DNA of 32,000 nucleotides from Candidatus Saccharimonadota bacterium (GTDB lineage: Bacteria > Bacteroidota > Bacteroidia > Flavobacteriales > Blattabacteriaceae): the NCBI RefSeq assembly GCF_014252415.1, contig NZ_CP059223.1:30001-62000 (forward strand), written 5' to 3'. Below the pieces are notes generated by a model, which was not told the DNA's origin, searched no databases, and saw only the letters and a program-made list of their open reading frames with translations. This document shows, in pieces, positions 26,115-32,000 of the stretch (within the stretch, counting starts at the first letter, position 1; each line of letters begins with the position of its first letter). The position numbers were made by a program, and so were the translations under genes.

Positions 26115-27428
26115 TTAATATGAAGATTTTAAATATTCTGGAATATTATATAAACATACTCTATTAGTTTTATTGAGATATTTATTTGCTACTTTTTGTA
26201 CATCTAATATTGTAACATTTTTATAATGATTCATTATAGTATTGATTAGATTTGTATTTTTATAATATAAATGATAATGTGATAAATTAGAAGCAATTCC
26301 ACTCATAAAATAATTATCGTAAATAAATCCTTTTTCAAAAAAATTCATTTGTTTATCTAATTCATATTGTGTAATTCCTTTTTCTTTAAAGTATTCAATT
26401 TCTTTATCTATTTCTTCTAATAGTTTATCTAAAGAAATACCATGATTAATAATACCGTATATAGTAAATATTCCATAATCTTCCATAACATCTAAAGATG
26501 ATCCAGCATAAGCTGCTAATTGTTTTATATTTACTATATTATTAATAATCCTTGAACTTTCACCTGAAGAAATAATGTAATCTATTATTTTTAATTTATA
26601 AAAATCATCATGTGTTATATTTGATGTTCTATAAGATAAAAATATTCCAGGTATTTTTGCATTTCTGTCAAAAAATGTTGATTTTATTTCTTCATTGATT
26701 GGATCTTCTATTGGAAAATTAATTGTTTTTTTACAATTACTCTTTGAACTAGAATAAAAAGAAAAATATTTATTCACCAATTCTTTTGCATCATTTAATT
26801 CAAAATCACCTGTTACGACTAAAGTTGCATTATTTGGTGCATAATATGTATTATAAAATTTTTCATAATCTTTTTCTGTTGCAGAATCTAAATCCTTATC
26901 ATATCCAATAATTGGATATTTATATGGATGTTTCTTAAACAATAAAGATGGAATTACTTCTGATAATGCTTTAACATAAGGTTGATTTTCAAATCTCATT
27001 TTTTTTTCTTCTTTTACTACTTCTCTTTGAAGATCTATACTATCTTTATCAAGTTTAGCATAAAACATCCTTTCTGATTCTAACCATAATGCAATTGGTA
27101 AACAATTTGATGGCATCACTTCATAATAATAAGTTTCATCTTGATTTGTATATGCATTGTTTTGACCTCCATTTGAGGCAATATATTTATAATAATCACC
27201 TTTTTTTATATGTTTAGATCCTTCAAACATAAGATGCTCAAAAAAATGTGCAAATCCAGTTTTTCCTGGATCTTCGTTTTTACTTCCTACATGATATAAT
27301 ACTGATGTATATATTATTGGATTTCTTTTGTCTTGATGATAAATTACATTTAATCCATTTGAAAGTTTCTCTTCTAAAAAATTTATTTTATAATCATTCT
27401 GAATTTTATTCTGAATTTTATTCATCAT
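26115..27428 (-). CDS. M16 family zinc metallopeptidase, catalytic type
   Basis: The inverted zinc motif H-x-x-E-H is in 'GFAHFFEHLMFEGS'. A downstream Glu lies in 'NAYTNQDETYYY'. The start 'LSNGLNVIYHQD' is typical of the family. Confidence 0.85.
   Translation of the reverse strand: MMNKIQNKIQNDYKINFLEEKLSNGLNVIYHQDKRNPIIYTSVLYHVGSKNEDPGKTGFAHFFEHLMFEGSKHIKKGDYYKYIASNGGQNNAYTNQDETYYYEVMPSNCLPIALWLESERMFYAKLDKDSIDLQREVVKEEKKMRFENQPYVKALSEVIPSLLFKKHPYKYPIIGYDKDLDSATEKDYEKFYNTYYAPNNATLVVTGDFELNDAKELVNKYFSFYSSSKSNCKKTINFPIEDPINEEIKSTFFDRNAKIPGIFLSYRTSNITHDDFYKLKIIDYIISSGESSRIINNIVNIKQLAAYAGSSLDVMEDYGIFTIYGIINHGISLDKLLEEIDKEIEYFKEKGITQYELDKQMNFFEKGFIYDNYFMSGIASNLSHYHLYYKNTNLINTIMNHYKNVTILDVQKVANKYLNKTNRVCLYNIPEYLKSSY
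27396..27423. repeat. 12-bp tandem duplication (ATTCTGAATTTT x2 plus a partial third copy) at the 5' end of the catalytic M16 gene
   Basis: 27396-27407 and 27408-27419 are identical, and 27420-27423 'attc' restarts the unit. On the coding (minus) strand this gives the in-frame peptide repeat 'NKIQNKIQ' at residues 3-10. Confidence 0.85.
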
Positions 27429-27608
27429 AATATTTTATATTGAATAATCTTGAATATCATTTATTGATATCCAATTGTCTATATTTTGTATCTTAGATAT
27501 TATATTTTATTTCGTCGTTAATTTGTTAAGAAATTTACAATTTTTATTTTAATAAATGAGATTTTTTTAATTTTATTTATTTCAAAAATTATATGAATTT
27601 GTGGAGTT
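27429..27608. promoter_or_regulatory. Divergent intergenic region (the longest non-coding gap in the window) between the M16 operon (minus) and the actABC operon (plus)
   Basis: This call rests on gene orientation only. The region contains TTGAATA twice with a 10-bp period (27440-27446 and 27450-27456) and a 6-bp-arm palindrome ATATCA-n5-TGATAT (27454-27470). No confident promoter box was identified. Confidence 0.3.
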
Positions 27609-28940
27609 ATGAAAAAGATTATTTTTTCCATCATATTTTTATTTTTTTCTATAAATGCAGAATGTGTAATATCCAAAGATATTGTAGAAGGAAATATTGA
27701 TAATGGTAAAGATCTTTTTAAAAAAAATTGTACATCATGTCATTCAATGGATTTGAATAAAAAAATGATAGGTCCAGCATTATCTGGCATAACAGAAAAA
27801 AGAAATCGTGAATGGCTTCATAAATGGATAAAAGATAATAAATCATTAAGAAAAAGTGGTGATAAAGAAGCAATTAAAATTTATGAAGATTATAAAAATA
27901 TAGAAATGAATTCATTTCTACACTTATCAAATAAACAAATTGATGATATTTTATTTTTTATAAAAAATGCAGAATCATCAAAAAAAAAAGAAAGTATAAA
28001 TAATGTATTAAATGAAAAAAGCTTTATAAAAGAAAATGTTGAAACAGATTTTCTAATAAAATTATTTATATTTTTTTTAATAGTAATATCTATTATCACT
28101 ATTTTATTATTATATAGAATCTATATTCTATATATTTTATTTAATAAAAATAAAGACATTAATCTTTTTTTTAAAAAAAAAGATTTTTTCATAAAAATTT
28201 TATATAAAAATTTCTTAAAAAAAAGTTTAAAAAATTGGTATTTATTGTTTTTTTTTCTAACGACATTTATCATATTTAATATATATTTAATATGGAGTTT
28301 ATTAATGAGAATAGATGTTAATAAAGGATATCAACCCGAACAACCTATTTATTTTTCTCATAAAATTCATTCTGGAATCAATAAAATAGATTGTGAATAT
28401 TGCCATTCTAATGCAAAATATGGTAAAACATCTGGTATTCCTTCTGCAAATATTTGTATGAATTGTCATATTACTATTAATGAATATAATGGTGATTATA
28501 TAGAAAATGGAAAAAGTAAAGATGAATATGATAAAGAAATCAAAAAAATTTATTATGCTATTGGATGGGATGAAAAAAATATGAAATATACTGGAAAAGT
28601 TCATCCTATTAAATGGATTAGAATACATAATATGCCTGATTTTGTATATTTTGATCATTCACAACATATTATATCTGGAAATGAACCGATAAAAAAATTC
28701 AAAAAAGTTAAAACAGTTTGTAATGCTTGTCATGGAGAAGTCAATGAAATGGATCAAATTAAAATGTCAAATGATTTTACTATGGAATGGTGTCTTTCTT
28801 GTCATAGAAATATAGAAATTGATAAAAATAATCAATATTACAAGGAATATTTTTTTCAAAAAAATATTAAAAATGATAAAGATAAAAAAAATACAGTCGA
28901 CATGATTGGTGGTACAGAATGTGCAAAATGTCACTATTAA
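27609..28940 (+). CDS. actA: Alternative Complex III subunit ActA-like multihaem cytochrome c with an N-terminal monohaem cytochrome c domain
   Basis: There are six CxxCH motifs: CTSCH, CEYCH, CMNCH, CNACH, CLSCH and CAKCH. The layout is a signal-like N-terminus, then two TM helices, then a pentahaem domain. The gene lies immediately upstream of actB. Confidence 0.8.
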   Translation: MKKIIFSIIFLFFSINAECVISKDIVEGNIDNGKDLFKKNCTSCHSMDLNKKMIGPALSGITEKRNREWLHKWIKDNKSLRKSGDKEAIKIYEDYKNIEMNSFLHLSNKQIDDILFFIKNAESSKKKESINNVLNEKSFIKENVETDFLIKLFIFFLIVISIITILLLYRIYILYILFNKNKDINLFFKKKDFFIKILYKNFLKKSLKNWYLLFFFLTTFIIFNIYLIWSLLMRIDVNKGYQPEQPIYFSHKIHSGINKIDCEYCHSNAKYGKTSGIPSANICMNCHITINEYNGDYIENGKSKDEYDKEIKKIYYAIGWDEKNMKYTGKVHPIKWIRIHNMPDFVYFDHSQHIISGNEPIKKFKKVKTVCNACHGEVNEMDQIKMSNDFTMEWCLSCHRNIEIDKNNQYYKEYFFQKNIKNDKDKKNTVDMIGGTECAKCHY

Positions 28941-28951
28941 TAATATAAATA

Positions 28952-31855
28952 ATGATTAATAATAATAAAGAAAAAAAATTTTCGTTAAAAAAATTTTTTA
29001 ATGATAAAAGTACGAGAAGAGATTTTTTAAAATGGATTGGATTTAGTACCGCTTCAGTCACTTTAGCAGCTTGTAAAGGTCCAGTAATAAAATCAATTCC
29101 TTATATAGTAAAACCAGATGAAATTACTCTTGGGGAACCAACTTATTATGCATCTACTATGATAGATTCTTTTGATATAGGATGTGTTTTAGTTAAAACT
29201 AGAGAAGGAAGACCAATAAAAATTGAACCTAATCCTACATCTACTTATTTTAATACTGTTTCAGTTCGAATACAATCATCTTTATTATCACTTTATGATG
29301 AAGAAAGATTAAAATATCCATATATGAAAGGAAAAAGAAGTAATTGGAAATCAATAGATAATTATATTATTAATAATTTAAAACATTTAAAAAAAACAAA
29401 AAAAAAAATTATTTTTATTTCTCCATCCTTTCCTAGTATATCTACAAAAAAATTAATTAACGATTTTAAAAAAAATTATCCTAATACAATATGGATTATA
29501 TATGATCCAATATCATATTCAAATGCATTAAATGCATCAAAAAAAATTTTTGGGGTTCGTTCTTTTCCTTTTTTTGATATAAAAAATATCAAATTAATAG
29601 TATCATTTGATGCAGATTTTTTAGGAGACTGGTATCCAGATAGTATGGTAAAAATTTATTCAAAAAATAGAAGTCCTAATAAAAATATGTTAAAACATAT
29701 TCATATTGAAAGTAATATGTCTATATCTGGATCTAATGCGGACATACGAATATCAAAAAAACCATCTGAAATAAAAGAAATGTTATTTGATATTTATCAA
29801 TATATTGTTTTAGAAAAAAAAACTATTAAAGATAAAAAAATATTAAGAATTGCTAATCTCATTAAAAAATTTGGAAATAATAGTGTAATATTTTCTGATG
29901 GAGATCAAGAATCATACGAATTATCTTTTTTGATAAATAAAAAATTAAATAGTAATGCTATAAAAAATAATAAATATTTTTTGTCAAAAGATAGTGATAA
30001 TGATAAAATTAAATCCTTTATAAAAAATTCATACAAAGAAAATATTGGAGCATTATTTATTTATGATACTAATCCTATTTATAGTCTTCCATATCAGTTA
30101 TCTGATCAATTCAAAAATTTAATAAAAAAAATACCTATGACTGTTTCATTTTCTATGAATAAAAATGAAACTAACAATTTAATGGATATAATTGCTCCTA
30201 TTCCTCATTGGCTTGAATCTTGGGGAGATACTAATCCAGTATCTAATTATTATACTCTTATTCAACCCACTATAAAAAATATTTTTAATACAAGACAATT
30301 TCAAGATTCTTTAATTATTTGGGGAAAGATAAAAGTTAAAAATTACTATGAATATTTAAAAAATGAATGGGAAAATAATATTATACCAAAATCAAATTAT
30401 TCTTCTTTTAACGAAGCTTTATTTTATGGATATTTAAATGTAAAAAATACGATAATAAATAAGAAAAATAATAATAAAAAATATATTATATATTATATTA
30501 AAAAAAATGAAAATAAAATAAATGATAATTTATTAGAACTTAGATTATATACTAAAATAGGTATAGGAGATGGATCACAATATAATAATCCATGGATACA
30601 AGAATTTCCTGATCCTATAACAAGAACTACTTGGGGTAATTATCTAACTATATCATATGATGATGCTGTAAAAAGAAATTTAAAAAATTGGTATAGAACA
30701 GATGGATCACTAAATGGAAACTGTATTAATTTAATAAAAAACAAAAAAATTTTAATTAAAAATATACCCATACTTATACAACCAGGACAAAGTAATGGTT
30801 CTATAGGTTTATCCTTTGGATATGGACAAAAAATAGGAAAATTAACAGATCTATGTCAAGGAATAAATTCGTATAAAATTTATGAAAATTTTAATTTAAA
30901 TCAATATAATGTACAGATAGAAAAAACTGATAAACTTCATAAGTTTGCTTGTATACAATCACAAAATATTTCATTAGATAGAAATTTAATTAAGGAAATT
31001 AATTTAAACACATTTTTAAATTTTCCTAAAAATGTTTGGAATAAAAAAGAAAATAGTCAGTTTAAAGATAAATTTTTAGAAAATAAAAAAGAAGGACATC
31101 ATTTTAATCTATCTATAGATTTAAACGCGTGTATAGGATGTGGAGCATGTGTAATCGCCTGTCATTCTGAAAATAATGTTCCAGTTGTTGGAAGAAATGA
31201 AATAGAAAAATCTAGAGATATGCATTGGATACGTATCGATAGATATTATTCTAATAATAATATTAATTATGATAATACTTCAAATAAAAATAAAATTTCT
31301 CATACTAATACTAAGGTATCTTTTCAACCTATAATGTGCCAACATTGTGAGTATGCCCCATGTGAAACAGTTTGTCCAGTAGGAGCTACTTCTCATAGTT
31401 TACAAGGACAAAACATGATGACTTATAATCGATGTGTAGGAACTAGATATTGTGCAAACAATTGTCCTTATAAAGTAAGGAGATTTAATTGGTTCAATTA
31501 TACAAATAATCAAAAATTTGATTTTAATATGAATAATACGTTAGGAAAAATGGTTTTAAATCCAGATGTTGTTATAAGAAGTAGAGGTGTAATGGAAAAA
31601 TGTTCTTTATGTATTCAAAAAACTCAATATGTTATTGGAAAAGCAAAAAAGGAAAAAAGAAAAATAAAAGACGAAGAATTTAAAACAGCATGTAGCATTG
31701 CTTGTCCTACTGATGCCATAACATTTGGAGATATTAATGATAAAAATAGTGAAATATTAAAAAAATTGAATAATTCAAGATCTTATAAACTTCTTGATTT
31801 TATAGGTGTCAATCCTAATGTTAATTATTTATTAAAAATAGTAAATGATGAGTAA
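28952..31855 (+). CDS. actB: Alternative Complex III subunit ActB (molybdopterin-oxidoreductase-like domain fused to a 4Fe-4S ferredoxin domain), Tat-targeted
   Basis: The twin-arginine signal is 'STRRDFLKWIGFSTASVTLAAC'. Fe-S motifs are 'CIGCGACVIACHSENN', 'CQHCEYAPCETVCP', 'CVGTRYCANNCPYKVRRFNW' and 'CSIACPTDAITFG'. The length is 967 aa. Confidence 0.88.
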   Translation: MINNNKEKKFSLKKFFNDKSTRRDFLKWIGFSTASVTLAACKGPVIKSIPYIVKPDEITLGEPTYYASTMIDSFDIGCVLVKTREGRPIKIEPNPTSTYFNTVSVRIQSSLLSLYDEERLKYPYMKGKRSNWKSIDNYIINNLKHLKKTKKKIIFISPSFPSISTKKLINDFKKNYPNTIWIIYDPISYSNALNASKKIFGVRSFPFFDIKNIKLIVSFDADFLGDWYPDSMVKIYSKNRSPNKNMLKHIHIESNMSISGSNADIRISKKPSEIKEMLFDIYQYIVLEKKTIKDKKILRIANLIKKFGNNSVIFSDGDQESYELSFLINKKLNSNAIKNNKYFLSKDSDNDKIKSFIKNSYKENIGALFIYDTNPIYSLPYQLSDQFKNLIKKIPMTVSFSMNKNETNNLMDIIAPIPHWLESWGDTNPVSNYYTLIQPTIKNIFNTRQFQDSLIIWGKIKVKNYYEYLKNEWENNIIPKSNYSSFNEALFYGYLNVKNTIINKKNNNKKYIIYYIKKNENKINDNLLELRLYTKIGIGDGSQYNNPWIQEFPDPITRTTWGNYLTISYDDAVKRNLKNWYRTDGSLNGNCINLIKNKKILIKNIPILIQPGQSNGSIGLSFGYGQKIGKLTDLCQGINSYKIYENFNLNQYNVQIEKTDKLHKFACIQSQNISLDRNLIKEINLNTFLNFPKNVWNKKENSQFKDKFLENKKEGHHFNLSIDLNACIGCGACVIACHSENNVPVVGRNEIEKSRDMHWIRIDRYYSNNNINYDNTSNKNKISHTNTKVSFQPIMCQHCEYAPCETVCPVGATSHSLQGQNMMTYNRCVGTRYCANNCPYKVRRFNWFNYTNNQKFDFNMNNTLGKMVLNPDVVIRSRGVMEKCSLCIQKTQYVIGKAKKEKRKIKDEEFKTACSIACPTDAITFGDINDKNSEILKKLNNSRSYKLLDFIGVNPNVNYLLKIVNDE

Positions 31856-31869
31856 ACTTATAATAAAAA

Positions 31870-32000
31870 ATGTTGGATTATAAAAAATATTATACAAGAA
31901 AAAAATTAATTAAAGGAAATAAAACCATAAAAGATATAACTAATGATATTATAAATCCTATAAAAAAAAAGGCAGGAAAATTATGGTGGATTTCCATATG
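31870..32000 (+). CDS. actC: Alternative Complex III subunit ActC (NrfD/PsrC-like membrane subunit), 5' fragment running off the window
   Basis: ATG at 31870 opens a frame to the window end: 'MLDYKKYYTRKKLIKGNKTIKDITNDIINPIKKKAGKLWWISI'. The 'G.K...D.T.DI..P......WW' pattern and the position after actB fit ActC. Only 43 codons are visible. Confidence 0.6.
   Translation, partial: MLDYKKYYTRKKLIKGNKTIKDITNDIINPIKKKAGKLWWISI

Noticed and set aside
28302-28658. A 118-aa antisense ORF inside actA.
   Set aside because: It is codon-aligned with the sense frame, so antisense stops need sense TTA, CTA or TCA codons. The sense protein has no Leu at all across this stretch (the pentahaem region from 'MRIDVNKGY' to 'DFVYFD') and uses TCT/AGT for Ser. 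The sense strand carries CxxCH motifs, which is decisive.
1-32000. I searched for a defence island, toxin-antitoxin pair, CRISPR array, retron, integrase, transposase, prophage or another accessory novel system.
   Set aside because: Every ORF over 100 aa on the supported strand can be assigned to a housekeeping family or is a small conserved-domain protein. There are no repeat-spacer arrays, no compositional island and no ORF-free region longer than 180 bp. I would rather report none than invent one.

Overview
This window is extremely AT-rich and gene-dense; by my tally of the gaps it is about 97% coding. Protein motifs and local gene order point to a reduced Bacteroidota (Flavobacteriales) genome, most plausibly an obligate insect endosymbiont of the Blattabacterium or Sulcia type. 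That placement is inferred and no search was run. The genetic code looks standard: Trp is TGG, and TGA ends sucC and the ResB-like gene.

I can support 27 protein-coding genes in five strand blocks.
- Plus block 1-16351: a flippase fragment, a dut-like ORF, a nucleotidyltransferase, tatA, a lytic transglycosylase, recA, an MBL hydrolase, ccsB/ccsA (System II cytochrome c maturation), an acyltransferase, alaS, sucA and sucB.
- Minus block 16355-17577: a TPR-like membrane protein and an esterase.
- Plus block 17675-23055: sucC, a dnaX-like gene, a clpC-like gene and nth.
- Minus block 23068-27428: a DUF3127 OB-fold protein, an SPFH protein, a DUF59 Fe-S protein and two M16 peptidases.
- Plus block 27609-end: Alternative Complex III genes actA, actB and the start of actC.

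I found no rRNA, tRNA, CRISPR, transposase, integrase or recognisable defence genes. Every ORF-free gap is 180 bp or shorter and almost pure A/T. I do not see a convincing novel multi-gene system.

What deserves a second look is how genome erosion shows in intact reading frames:
- The endonuclease III gene is split by a frameshift exactly at a T9A10 homopolymer.
- The dUTPase-like ORF keeps only motif 5 and contains a perfect 20-bp-arm hairpin.
- The dnaX homologue has every ATPase motif substituted.
- The ClpC homologue lacks its N-domain and its second ATPase ring looks inactive.
- The ccsB/ccsA junction is one nucleotide away from a fusion.
- A DUF3127 OB-fold protein carries an SSB-type acidic DDLPF tail.

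All family consensus motifs are quoted from memory, and nothing here was checked against a database.
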